From positions 62,001-126,000 of the forward strand of contig AP026158.1 in the NCBI GenBank assembly GCA_030295235.1: a DNA stretch of 64,000 nt, in the 5' to 3' direction. A program made the translations under genes and the position numbers. Shown here in pieces: positions 35,961 through 49,101 of the stretch; the stretch's first letter is position 1; each line of letters begins with the position of its first letter. The notes beneath the pieces were generated by a model. That model was given only the letters and a program-made list of their open reading frames with translations. It was not told the origin of the DNA and made no database searches. This DNA is from Fistulifera solaris (lineage: Eukaryota).

Positions 35961-38601
35961 TTATTTCAAGACAAAGTCGCTTGTCCATTCTGTATCATTC
36001 AAGCAAGATCGAACCGCATCAATGATAATGTCTTCATTGTCCGACTCGGCTGCGGCAGCTCCATCCATACGATCACCCGCGGCCAGTTTGCAATCTTCAA
36101 TTATGTTCCCAGCTGCCGTGGCCTGAGATTCGTTCAAGTAAAGCGGGAGCAAGTGCTTTAGAAGCATGGCATCCATGGCCACTTGTGACCTCGCCTTTGC
36201 CGAAAAAATGGATAGGCGAATATGCTCCAACCACTCACGAAGAGCAATTTTAAATACCAAAAACAAAACGTCGTTGACATCCAACAAAGTCGATGTATGA
36301 GGAAACACGGCCACTTTTTCTTGGAACATGCGCTCAATATCCAAATGCAACCCTTTTTCCGAGCCATGGGACTGATCGACGAACGAGACGATGTGCTTTC
36401 CAATTCGGGAATGTCACGTGCTTTGTACGCACCCTGCAGCATGTCGTTTAATTCTTGACACGCTTGTTTCGCAATAGCCAATGCTTGACGTGTCGATTCT
36501 TTGGGACGACCGATCGTTTGCGTGACGTCTTGACACAACAAATGGGCCATTTCCGAACCACGACGACTCGCATACAATACGAATACCGTAGATCGAGCCA
36601 ATTGAAACCTTTTCTGCACATCTTGGCCTAGCATGTCACCGGTCATAATTCTCGACTTGTTTAATTTCTTGCCACCACTCAAATGAGTGACAATGGATTC
36701 TTCCAAGCTATTTGCAACGGAGGATTCGGCTTGCAAACACATCATGGCGACTGCAAGAACTAGTTGGATGGGTGTATCGCCATCCTCTTTCAACGTCAGT
36801 GCCTGCACCATGTCGCACAATTTTTGCCACGATGCGTGATTGTCGATGCGTTGATCGTCTTCCTCGTCGACAAATGTCAAAAACGCATTCATTGTTTTGT
36901 CATCCGTGTCGAGAGAGGCTTCCACCAGCCGATCCAGCCGTGTACTTTCACCACCGGCCATTTGTTCTAAAGCATTCGCCCACCAGTAGCAAAACTTGCG
37001 GACACTGTAAATCAATGCCTTCTTGAGATCGGGTGGCGACTCACTACCATTGCAACACGACCGAATGGTATCATCCACCAATTGCAAACAATCCGCCAAA
37101 GTGCTTTCGACCAACGGTATCAACGCGGTATCCGCCAGTCGCTGACCGAGTGGGAACCAACAATCTTCCACCATACTGATTTGGAGTGCTTGAAATTTTT
37201 GATCCACGCGTCGTCGTGTCAAGGACTCGGTCAATTGCGTGGCTTGTCCTAAAAGGGCGCCGTCCATTCGGATCGAATGCCAATGTTTTGCAAGGCATCC
37301 GCCACATCTTGTACGGACTGAACGAGCAACGTAGTGGCTTCGGCCACGAGTTGTGTGGCTTCGTCATTGGCTTCGTTTGGTTGCTCTTCGAGTAATATGC
37401 CTTTGGTATGCACCAGAAACGACGAAAATGCTTCGGAAATGAACTCCACAAGATGCTGTGGTGAACTCGTTGTGAACTGAGTTTTAAACAATGTCGACGC
37501 TTCCAAGAGGGCATTGAGATAATCTGTCGCAATGAGCGATGCCGCCGACGACGACGACTCTGCTAAAGTAAATTTTCGTTCTTGCACATCTATCAAATGA
37601 GTGTCTAAAATCCGGTCCAGCAACCGCAACGACGCGGCACACGCGGTAGATTCCAACTCTGAAAATGTTTCTTCTTGGTGCTCTAGTACGGATGCTTCTT
37701 GGAGAAGCAATTGCATAGTCCCGATGCATTCGTAAATTTCCATCATGGATTGCGGTGGAGAAGGCACTTCTTCCTCTTCTGGCAATTCCTGACCACTCCA
37801 ATGCCGCAATTTGTTTTGCACGGCCCGACGCAAGGTCTGTAAAATTGCCTGACATTCCGTTTCAATTTTTTGCAAACTTTCAAATCCGGGCGAATGTTTC
37901 GCTAAAATGGGTGCCGCGGACGTATAACTTTTCGTGGCCGTTTGATACTGTCCTTCATCCACGTAGTGTTGCAAGGTGGCCGGCAATTTCAGCAAAGTAT
38001 CCAATCGTGTCAACAATCGTCGGACGCGTATTTTCTCGGCGACTTGATCGCGGAGTGGTCCCAGTGTATCTTCGAGCGCCTTGGATTGTTTGTCAAGTTG
38101 ATGGACTGCGCACGACAATTGTTGTAGCGCTGGTTCGTTGGCCGTCACATGCACACCAATGGATCGAATGGCATCTGTCGCATCAATGAAACGTGAATAA
38201 TTCTCATACACCATCGTTTGCATTGTTGAATCCAGCGTACGAACTTGTAACGCTAATTGCTCTTCTTCTTCCAGCAATCGTTGAATGGGTTCCGTTTGAA
38301 TGAGTTGTTCTGTGTACTGCCGCGCATCAAACGTCGGAGCATCCAAATCGTTTGGCGACGATGCATCATGATCGTCGTCGTCGTCGTCGTCGTCGTCCGA
38401 ATCTTCTTCTTCATCATCATCGTCGTCGTCTGGAGTCCACACCTGCTCCGGTGTCTTGCCGTAAAAATTTTCTAACAATTTTTGACGTACGAGAGCTTCA
38501 CGCGGAATGGCTTTGTTGTGCGTCAAATAATCGTCATCGTCGTCGTCGTCGTCGCTGCTACTACTACTACTACTACTGCTTTCGATAGCACGTCGTGACA
38601 T
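35961..38601 (-). CDS. VPS51: GARP/EARP complex subunit Vps51; frameshifts near 37268 and 36352
   Basis: LLENFYG, DLDAPTFDA..Y, VRTLDSTMQTMVYENYSRFIDATDAIR, LDIERMFQEKV. Confidence 0.9.
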
Positions 38602-39439
38602 GCTGATCCTAGAGGCTTAAAGACGAGTTCTAGAGGGAGAGAGTAAACGATTGTCTAGAGAGAGAGAGAGACGAGGATTATGATCACAAACGAAGCTTGC
38701 GCTCGTCGCTGCGATGATATTCATAGCAACAAACGACCATTAAGGTTCCAGGTAGCAACGAAGGATTCAGGACTGAGACAGTGAAGTCGTCGCAGAGCGT
38801 CCAAGTCCAAAGCCATTTTGGCTGTACGTCGTTCGATGATGAATGATGATGATTCATGATCGGCGTTGGCAACATTCCGTATTCCTACTTTGTTTTGAAA
38901 CTTGAAACGCCAGCCACAAATGATCCCCCCGCCCTTCGGCACGATTCAATACACTGACATTAACTGTACTAAGGTCCCAAACACGTTTTGGAAGGGCAGC
39001 GGTCAAAATGACTATCTCCGTCCACAGTAAACGACAGACTCAAACCACAATGCACTTGACGTAAAAGGTCAATCGAGTACCGGGGAAAGGCCGAAGGCAA
39101 AGTCCATGGAACACTTCACGGTATAGTCCGACAAAAAAAGATCGCGTGATGAAAGCATCTCACGACTGACATCGATTTATGTCTAGAGGGATCGGACGAC
39201 ACTCTCGCTGCGTCGATCGTTCCCTTTTTTTTTGTAGTTGTTGTGTCGTGAATTGGCTGTCGTTATTCAATATATCTCTCCTTGGATTCAATTGACTCAG
39301 GTGCTTATCAATATTACAAACGCAACAACAAAAAGAGATTCGCTTACAGAGGATTTCTTTTCCATTTAAAAGTTGATTCAATTCACCGACAGCGAGACAC
39401 TACTGTTAGATTTCTTTCGTTACTTACTTTTGCATCATC

Positions 39440-40014
39440 ATGACACTCTCCGGACTCGATAGCATCGCTCTCGCGGTCGCTCATTTAGAGCGCGTAGAAG
39501 CATCGCTAGGCCCGAGCGACACTGCCCAAATAATCCGTCCTTCCGTCTTTCTCAATCACGCTAGAGTTGTGTCGACAGAAGACTTGGATCAGGTGGATGC
39601 GCCGCACATCTCCGTTCCTTTACCATGGAACTATTCCGCAACAGGAGCGCCATCTCCTCCTGTACTGCCGACGTTTACTCTGACGAACAATTCCAATGGT
39701 TCCGTGCTGAATCATAATAATCAGAATCATAGTACTGTGGTGTCGATGCAAACGAGTGTGGCCGCACGCCCTGACTCGTCGTTTTCTACTACTTCTTCTT
39801 CTTCTTTTAAGAAATTGAAAAAGGCAAAACTTCCATCACACCACCTCGCAACAAACAATACAAGAATCTCATGCTGTTGTTTGACATGGCACCTTATCCT
39901 ATCCCCAAGGATGCGCACAGTGATGCGATTGTATCGAATACAGATATTCAAGAAGATGATGTTTTGTTGGGACGTAAGTATTATTTATTCGAATCGAGAA
40001 AGACAACATCTTGG

Positions 40015-40057
<43 letters not shown>

Positions 40058-40352
40058 TTTTTTCGAATCAAAAATAGGCGGCGGAGAAACCAATCATCAC
40101 ACGGGTAATATTCAATATCGTCTGCTTGTCAAAGCCTGTCAACCTGCTTATTTGGCCGCCAAACGTCGTGACAAACCGCGGATTGCGGCCGGGATTGTTT
40201 TGGCAGTGCGTCGGGCCGGTGGACGATTTCTCAAAAAAGAAGAAGACGACGATGCTGGTTGGAAAGATGTGGGGAATGTTCGCGCGCGCGAAAAAACATC
40301 GCAAGCGTTGCGGGAAGGAGCACCGGATTTGCGGCCGCAGCTGTCATTGTAA
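39440..40352 (+). CDS. DUF6824 domain protein; intron 39974-40077; frameshift within about 39805-39860
   Basis: DDVLLG/RGGETNHHTGNIQYR..Y..AKRRDKPRIA..IV..VR..GGRFLKK..W.DVG..AREKTSQALRE. Confidence 0.85.
40016..40056. repeat. (CT)n(CA)n microsatellite inside the DUF6824 intron
   Basis: ctctctct...ctcacacacacac read directly. Confidence 0.9.
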
Positions 40353-40448
40353 TAGAATGAAATTTAAGATATTTCTTTAGGTTACAAACATTGAACTGGA
40401 ACAAGAAAGAAAAACACTCTCGTTTTACTATAAAATGTTGCTTGTTGG

Positions 40449-41616
40449 CTAAAGTACTTGAAGAGATTGACGCGTTTGCACAAACACGCCTACCAATGAA
40501 GCCAACTGAATGCGTTCATCGGTCCCCAACGCCAATCGGTGCTCCACCGCACTCATCCCATCCAACAACAGTCCCAAAGGTACCGAATCCATGTCTAGGC
40601 ACAGAATCTTGTCCGTCAAATCCTGCAAGACATCCGTCAATGCGTAACCTTTGGTAGTACACAGGTAATGGATGTCACGAAAGGCCGCAGCAAAATCGTG
40701 ATTCATCAACCACTCCAAGATACGATCAATATCGTTCGGTAATGGCGCACCACTGGTCAAATACACGGCCGTTTCATCCACCGGACGATCGTGATGACTC
40801 ATGGCAGTCGCTTGCAATAAATTCAATACACGACGCATATCACCTCCACTCAACCGCAAAATGGCTTGTATCCCATCGGGTGTCGTGGGACAGTGTTCGT
40901 TCATCGCCACATGCTCCAAACGTCCCTGAATTTGGTTTGAAGCCAATGGAGAGAAACGAAAGCGCGTGCATCGACTTTGCAGGGCGGGAATGATTTTGCT
41001 CACGTAATTGCAAATAAGACAGAAGCGACAATTTTTACTGTATTTTTCCATAATGCGGCGCAACGCGAATTGTGCATCACTCGTCATGGCATCGGCTTCG
41101 TCTAATATAATCAATTTGATGCCCTTTAAGAATAATTGTTGCGTACCGGCGAATTCTTTGATTTCATTGCGAACGACCTGTATAGGGGAAGTTTCAAATT
41201 CAGGAATGTTCTCGTTCGTCCAATTCACCTCTTTTGCAGGCTCTTCCATCTTCTACTTACATCGATACCACGAGCATCGGAAGCATTCAATTCCAGCGTC
41301 ATACTGTTATATGCTTTGGTACTTCCGTACATGCGCTTGGCCGCCGCGACAATCGTACTCGTTTTCCCCGTTCCAGGAGGTCCGTAGAGCAACAAATGCG
41401 GTAAATTGCCACTGTCAATCAACGACGTAATACTTGCCACAATATCGTCTTGCGCGACTAAATCTTCGAGTCTACGTAACGGCGTTAGTTTCACGAAGAA
41501 GGAGTGACAAAAAGTGGCGCGCGAGAGAGACAGCATTTTCGATATTCTTACTTTTCCGGTCGATATTTTTCGACCCACGGCATTTGTACGGCCTGCATAT
41601 CGCTCTTTGCTTCCAT
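40449..41616 (-). CDS. RFC5: Replication factor C small subunit (RFC5 / yeast Rfc3-like); introns 41472-41551 and 41178-41260
   Basis: PWVEKYRP, LPHLLLYGPPGTGKTST, LELNASDARGID/VVR, ILDEADAMT.DAQFALRR, SRC motif. Confidence 0.92.
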
Positions 41617-41849
41617 TTTTGTTGCACCTGATACGATGAAAGAATGTTGTTGCTGCGTTTCTTTCTTTTGCAATCGAAAGGAAGAATAGCACGTACAGAA
41701 CGGCGGCAAACGCCAAAGCTCCGCCTCGAATAGGCTGCGCCCGGCGCGCATCCGGTTCTCACATGCTCGGAAAGCGCGCTACAAGCGCGGATGCGCGCTC
41801 CTTTCACATCACAAGTTAGACAGAATCTCTATCTAGTAGCAAAACATTG

Positions 41850-42620
41850 CTGCACGACTTCATCAGCCAAATCCTTCTAAAGGCTATCGACGCTGTCTTT
41901 TCTTCAAGCATCCATCCATTTCCTCAAAAGCATTGCCGATTGTCGTCTGCCATACTTACTATATACCCAAACAGTACACGACTTTTTTCCTTGACTGGAT
42001 ATCAGTCATGAGTCTTAGTTTTCCTATCTCCCATTTCCAGAATTCGATCTCATCGTCTTTATATATTTCATCGTGCGCCTTTTTTAAATAAGATACGATT
42101 CGTCTCTTTCACGATTCGAGAGCGTTCAATTATCGTTGACAATGCCTGCTTTGACTCATGATCTCGAAATAACCTGTCGACCGTGCGTCTTAATATGGGC
42201 CCCGAGTTTACTAATCTAAACCAATTTTTTGGATCGTACCGAAATGTATTGCTCGTTCTAGAACCTCTGGACACCGAGGTTTTGGTTCATAACGAAAGAA
42301 AGCAGGCGTTCGAGAAATTCTGTTCAGGTTATTTCTGTACCTACAAAAATTCTGTGAAGTTCCAGAATGCTGGACCAGTTTTTTCGATCCCTTGCGGAAA
42401 TGTTGTGCATGTTCCAGCAAATCTGGAGAAGGTTTTCCGGATCCTGACGAAAGAAAGTGCGCGTTCCAGATATTCAGGGATGAGTAATTTTTGATCTTAC
42501 AGAAATTCTGATGATCAAAATTGCCGGTTGGTATGCTAGACCGATCATAATGATACTGCCCTCAGCTGATATTGAAAGGCATTCGTCGCTGTAGGACCAT
42601 TGCAAATTTCTGTCTTTTCG
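41850..42620 (-). pseudogene. Decayed coding sequence with four short internal repeats
   Basis: Minus-strand PEYLERALSF, PDLLEHAQHF, EFLERLLSF and PEVLERAIHF, interrupted by stops and frame changes. Confidence 0.45.
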
Positions 42621-42924
42621 TCGAAGGCAAGGTGACATGGGATCACGCATCATTTTACGAGGCACAGTCGCATTAACAAGGACAAGCTACCAGTAAGCTA
42701 CCAGGTACTTTTGTAGTTACATCAATTTGCGCTCATCCTCACCAGACGAATCACATCTTTTATCATAAGGAAAAGAACGATGTATTGACAATATGGTAAT
42801 GCGAAATCTGTTTGTTTCAACGCTTCGCAGTCTAATAACTTCATTTAATTGCGTAGATGGTTACACATATTTAACGTTGCATGTTGAATTTGGAAATAGT
42901 TAATTGTACAAACCCTCTACTTTC

Positions 42925-44894
42925 TTAACGAATCACGGACCCAAGTGTGTTGGGGAACAAGAGACTTCCCGCACTGCCTTTTCCATCGGACCGCGGTCCC
43001 GGAAACACTTGCCAAAAGCGCAGCGTTTCATCACCGGCACCCGTCACGACCGTCGAACCATCTGGAGACACGGCCAAGTACAGGACACGATACGTGTGTC
43101 CCGTCAACGTCGTAACCTTTTGCATGGTTGGGTATCGCCACACCACAATTTGATTTTGCGAATAACCGTGTGTGCTGACGATTTCATTGCAATTTTGAGA
43201 CCAAGCTAGATTGCACACTTGACTGCCGGTATCAATCTTTTGTATGGGGGTACCGGATAGCGTATTCCAGAAACGGATGCAGCGATCGGCGGTGCCACCT
43301 CCACTGGCCAAGAGGCCGTGTTGATGAGGAGACCAAGTAATCGCCTTGACAGCGGCCGTGTGATCAGCGAATCGATGCAGTGGCTGTTGACCCGGATTGC
43401 GGCTATCAATAACGTGTAACACATTGTCATTCCCACCGGACGCTAAAAACGCGGGTTCATCGTACGACCATTTCAACCCGCAAACCTCTTGCCGGTGGAT
43501 GGGCAAACGATCGGTAAAATCCCCCTGAGCCCGAACATCTCGTAAATAAATCAAGCGATCGCGGCTCCCACTCGCCAAGCAGGGTCCCGACCATGCCAGC
43601 GCACCAACGCGAGAATCGTGTCCTTTCAAATCACGAATCTTTTGACAAGCCACCGTATCCCACAATTGAATGTGACCACGGCTCGTTCCAATGGCTAAAT
43701 GCGTCCCGCGTTGTGCCCACGACACCGATGTGACCACATCTTCATTGTTGTTGTTGTTGTTATTGTTGCTATGATCGTCCGCCCCGTTCGACGATAAGTC
43801 GCACAATTTCGTCACTTTCGAAGTACATGCACTCCACAAATACACACAGGACGCCAGTCCTACCGCCAGAACATTTTGTGAGGACCAATCCACCAAATTC
43901 AAATAAAAATCATCTTGCAAGGCGGGAGCATCCAACACTTTGAAGGGAACTTTGGAAATCCGCCGCTTGCGTTTGGGCGGGGACAGCCGTTGACTCGCCG
44001 CCATACTTCCCGGCGTCAAATGAAAGGCGTGTAAGATAGAGGGTGCATCCAACACACTGTTTTGATAAATCTGACGCGCACTCTGGTACCGTAAAGAGTT
44101 CGTGGTGCCTTCTCGCAAGGGACGGGCTGACGAGTTGGGATTGTAGTTTTCGTTCATGTGCAACAATTCCGACCGCAAGAGACTATTGAGTGTACTTTGA
44201 TGTGACGGCTGGGTGGTGGTAGTCGGATTCGCGGCATTGTGCGGCGTGGTGTCGTCCTCGGGGCGATTACTGTGGGACGTGGTGGGAGTTGCCGTGCGGC
44301 GTCGTGATTCCCACAAATTGAATGAGAAATTAGAAGTCGCCCGGTTTGGAATGAACCGGTCCGAACATCCTCGATCCGTGGAGTGGTAACGGGGAGATAC
44401 CGCAAACGTATAAGGCGTCGAATCTTCCGGATACGAGAACGTAGTACTCGACGGTGTCACGGCCGTGGGTGAAAAGGATGTCACAATCGGACTGGGTCGA
44501 AAGATGGAAGACATATTATTATTGCTGTTGTCCTCCGGTAGTGTGCTGCGTGTAACGCCCGGTGGAGGCACCAAATCCGCCGTCTCTTCGACGTGATGCG
44601 CTCGTACCAGTTCGGGCGCCAATCGCATCGCGTACCGTGGTTCCAATCGCGGTCGCGACGGCGACGGAAGAGGACCCAGACTTTGCGTGTTTGATTCGCA
44701 GTTGTTGTGGATGTTGTAGCAGTTGTAGCTAGAGAATCATCGGTACTTTCCATGGAAGTATCTAGCGGAGACGTCATGGAATCGGAGCAAGAGAGAGTCA
44801 TGGGTGTTAACAAATGCTTATGATGACTGCCGGTCATCATATTAGTTTGCGGCGTCCCTGGTGGAGCTGTTGAGCTGATTTCTTCTGGTGTCAT
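42925..44894 (-). CDS. FZR1: APC/C activator CDH1/FZR1; frameshift near 44645
   Basis: C-box DRFIPNR, RISKVPFKVLDAPALQDDFYLNLVDWS, WD40 repeats, C-terminal IR tail. Confidence 0.95.
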
Positions 44895-45685
44895 GATGCA
44901 ATAGTTCTTTCGTAGTATTGCAGCCGATTTCGAACCGTTTTGGGCACTGCCAGCGTTTTTCTCTCCGCGTCGATATTGCGTTGCGTTGTGTTGCGTCGCT
45001 ACTCAATATCCAGTGAACCCTCCTTTGAACGAAAGAAAACGAATGCAACAAACAAAATCAACCCGATGATTATTATCTGTTTCGGTTTTTCGATGATGAT
45101 TCGTGTCGACTTCTTGCCCGCAAAATGGAACAGCCAACACAAGCCGCGACCTCCCTCCATTATTTGACCGCGAAGGCGAAGAGGAAGTCACGAACGCTCG
45201 CATACATACACGATTTCATGTTTCACATTAGCAAGAATAATCTACACTCTTGTATGAAGAATGTCCGAACGCATCACTCAACGTTTCTATACCTACGATG
45301 CCGACCGGCGTGCATTGGGTTCAGCGAACGATCGCGGTTCGCTGGCAAAATAGAAGAGAATGATTAAGGTTTAGGTTTGAAGGGGAAGGTGTGGGACTGA
45401 ACCAAGACCCAAGAACACGACAATCCATCCGCACCACCGCACGCACCATCCACACGCGGAGGTACGTCCGACGTACGCGTTCGTGGGACTGAGACGTGTC
45501 TTGTGTCTCGCACTCAGCGCGACGCAAAACAAAACAAGCATACTTTGTACGCGAGAGAGACATTTATTTTGTCATTTCCATTACCTTTTTATCAGCTATT
45601 TGCCTTTGCCGTCCTTGTTGCTTCGTATTAACTGCAGCAAAAGACAACAAAAAGTCATCTATTTTATCATAGCACAACCGCAACT

Positions 45686-46566
45686 ATGGATTTTTTTGCA
45701 AAACAGCAGTGCCGGCAGTTATGCTCCCGTGTCGTTACAAGAAGAAACGAGCGCACCGCTGCAAGAACGCTTCCTCGGAGCACCCCGGAACAAATCAGCA
45801 CCGCCCAAGCCACACCCATGATACAAATTATTGCTCCAGCCGATCTTCCGGAAGGATACGAATTGCCCATTCAAGTGGGAACGACGGGAAGTGCCACCAT
45901 CACCATTCCGCCCGGCGGCGTCGAACGAGGGCAAACGTTTGCGGTTCCCATGCCGGCTTCCACCAACGTCGCTCCAGCGATTCACATTCCCGTAGGACAC
46001 TGGCGTGATACACCGTGGGATTTCTTTCAATACGGTCCCTGTCATCCTCATTGTTGGACCAGTTGGCTTTGTACGTTCTTGGCGACGGGACAAGTCATTC
46101 GCCGCGTCGGATTTAACTGGACGGGCGTCACTGCGGTCGATGCTCGCGAAAAAGCGCAGGCGTTTCCCATCATTTTAGCCATTGTGACGCTGTATATGTT
46201 TCTGCATTTTACTTTGCTTTTGATTGTCGTGGCATTGGACCCGGAAGACCCCGACGCCGATTCGAGTGATCCCAATTATGTACCCCCGAACCTACTATGG
46301 CGTTTTTGGTCGTACTCGAAATTTACAAATGGTGGCATTTCGCATATTGGATCCTTTCGACGGTCATTTTGGCGCGGACTCGTCGTTCGTTGCGACAAAA
46401 ATACGGGATACCGGCTTCCTGTCAACAAGAAGATGTCGCCTGTGCCGTATGTTGCCATTGTTGTGTCGCGGCACAAATGTTGCGTCATACGACCGATTAC
46501 AACGTGTATCCTTCTTATCTTTGTACAGATACGGGATTGCCGAAACATGCTCCTTCAATTGTTTGA
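45686..46566 (+). CDS. PLAC8-family Cys-rich membrane protein; several frameshifts
   Basis: IIAPADLPEGY, IPPGGVERGQTF, IPVGHWRD..W, RRSLRQKYGIP, EDVACAVCCHCCVAAQMLRHT. Confidence 0.8.
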
Positions 46567-47580
46567 GGCTTTAGCGAGAGTTCGACCATGTATTTGCATA
46601 ATTATGAGCGCTTGGGCCGTGTCTTTTATTATTTCCCGCAATCAAAGGTCTTTAATCGAAATTAATGTCTTTTTTAGAAATCATGAAACGCAAAGTACGT
46701 GTTGTAATGGTAGCGTTGGCAGTCGGACGTCGGACGCAATGGTCGCAAACCTAGCCCACGAACAGTCACGTAAGAGATGACCAGGACATGAGACACCAGA
46801 CACCAGGTTGAAACACGAACATCTTGTGCCACGTCTTATCATGAGAGATGCGTGCGTCAGAGGCCCAAAGGAATGGATGATGTATGATCTATGATGGATG
46901 ATTATCGGTTGATGAACGACGACCGACGACTTGCGACTTTACTGATTCTTAACTACCAGTACCGAGTAATTGGTATTGAAGCAACCGGTCATCGTCTCCG
47001 CAACGCCGCTGTGCCAAATCTGTACAATTCCAGTATGCATAATGTCTTCAAGAGTTCCTATTTGTAACAAGTAGCTAGTACCAGGTAACAGGACGAAAAG
47101 CGAAAAGCGAACACCTTTTTGACAGATGTAAGATGTAACCGAAGTCCAAAGCCGGATTCCGGATCCATTCCTGATCTAAGTCTACTAGAGAGAAGACCTC
47201 ACAGCAGAAATTACTGGGAACGGGCATCATCATCCTCATTCTTTTAACTGCCACCCGGTATGTTATTGCCCCTTTTGTACATTTTTCTTCCAGAATTCTG
47301 AAGCGAGAAGCGAGAAACAAGACTTGGCGTTTGGCGTGTCGTCAAATCTGGCGTTTGTTGTATCGAACAGAGTGCGTGGAACGGACGAATAGCAAATGTC
47401 GATGTCCGTTGTCGATGTCAATCGCCAACCTGAAAACACCAAACAACTAATGGTTTTCGAATGATGAAATAATTTTCACCTTTTGTTGATTCTTCCTCTC
47501 TCGTCCCCTTCACTTTCCAATCAAACAGCAGCCACGGCCTTCTTTCAAAGCGACAGCATTGTATACTCCCTTACAACGAA

Positions 47581-47829
47581 ATGGTTCACGAGAAGAAAGA
47601 TAGGGAACAACCTGTTCGAACGAATGCTAATCAGCTAATGGCGCGACAGTTGCCAAATCAAAATGCTAACACTGCTATAAGCATTCCAACTTCCAGTCAA
47701 CAGCAAAGAGAACGACTTATAAAAATCCTCACCGAGGCTCTTGAATATTTGAAAGATGACTCTTGGAGTTTCGAGCATGATGATGACTCTTCCGAAGACG
47801 ACAAGACACCTTCCCATCAGCGACGTTAA
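47581..47829 (+). CDS. Microprotein family member 1 (82 aa)
   Basis: QRERLIKILTEALEYL..SW...SSEDD; shares motifs with 48840 and 51143. Confidence 0.65.
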   Translation: MVHEKKDREQPVRTNANQLMARQLPNQNANTAISIPTSSQQQRERLIKILTEALEYLKDDSWSFEHDDDSSEDDKTPSHQRR

Positions 47830-48839
47830 CTGCCTTTTTTCTTTTTATGAAGCGAGGCAACGATGCCCTTTCCTCTGTTTTCCAAAGTTTGAACAAAAAC
47901 TTAACGCTTGATGCGAATTTCTGCAAGTGCTCGTGGCCCCGCGGATCGCCAGAGCAACCTCATAGATAATTTTCTATAAACAACAAAAATGAGATACATA
48001 CGACTTACAAAAATAAATGACTAAGGCTAACTTGCAATCACGAAGCTTCCTTGTGATGCTTTCATTCTTGTCACAGAATTTGACGCTTCGAGGAAGGGCC
48101 GTCGCATAATACACATCGCTCTAGTAATTGCCGGCTTCCGGTATCAGGCGATTAATCTACGAGAGATAAAGGACTTGCAATTGGCATGATCCATGACAAG
48201 GGTCCCTTACATTTTAACAGGTACAATCGCCCATACATTTGTTCGTTTTTCAGCTCAGCAAGCCGCATATGGCCCAGAGCAACCGACTGCCAGCCGCTAG
48301 CAGCCAACATCCGAATCAGAAGGTCAAGTACAAGTACCTCGTATAAGGTATGAATTCGAAAGTTACGTAGGATTCAAAAATCCACTTTGAAGGTCCCGGC
48401 ATCGCCAGTCCCCAGGTCATCGAACTTCGGACCCATGAAAGTGCTTTTAGATTTATGGTCTATTTTGTGCGTGCGACAGCCGATGCAATAGAAATGTGTA
48501 GGTAGGTTGAAGGAAAAATGCGCACGCTTCCCTTTCAAGACTCATAGATCATGAAAGTGCCACGTCTTGTTTCCAGTTTCTACCTATTGCCCCTGCTTCT
48601 TCTAGGTACGGTACCTAGAGCAACAGAGATCAACGTTGAACGTTGAACTAAGCATGACAAGAAATTTTACGATGCTCTGGAATAATCTCGAATGTTTTTC
48701 GTTTGCCCGACATTCGACAAGGGCACAAACTCCGCCCAGGCAATCAGTGAAAGTTGGAAACAATAATTCCAAGTACAATCAGCCTCTCGAACCATTCATC
48801 AACACATCTTTGCCCTGTTCCCCCTTTTTGCAAACAAAT

Positions 48840-49101
48840 ATGAGCCAGAAAAAAAGACACGGAGCCATCCAACGTACATATTGTTCAAACCTTAGAATGT
48901 CGAAGTGGAAACATTCATTCCATTGCCAGTGCCTCTAGAACCGAGCACGACCGAAAAGAAATTTTACGAATCCTTGATAAGGCACTCGAACTTCTCGAGC
49001 CTGCCGCAGGTACGATACACTCATCAGGACTGAATCAGGAAAGCTCTTCCTGAGAGGACTCGTCAGATCCAAACGAGCTACAGCGACATCTATTGAATTG
49101 A
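48840..49101 (+). pseudogene. Microprotein family member 2, disrupted or truncated
   Basis: After a 1-nt correction in the A7 run: MSQKKDTEP...DRKEILRILDKALELLEPAAG...SSS*EDSS, with an in-frame TGA at 49051. Confidence 0.6.

Noticed and set aside
49051..49053. In-frame TGA as selenocysteine or readthrough
   Set aside because: It aligns with Ser (TCA) in the paralog, not Cys, and no SECIS was recognised; a point nonsense change is more likely.
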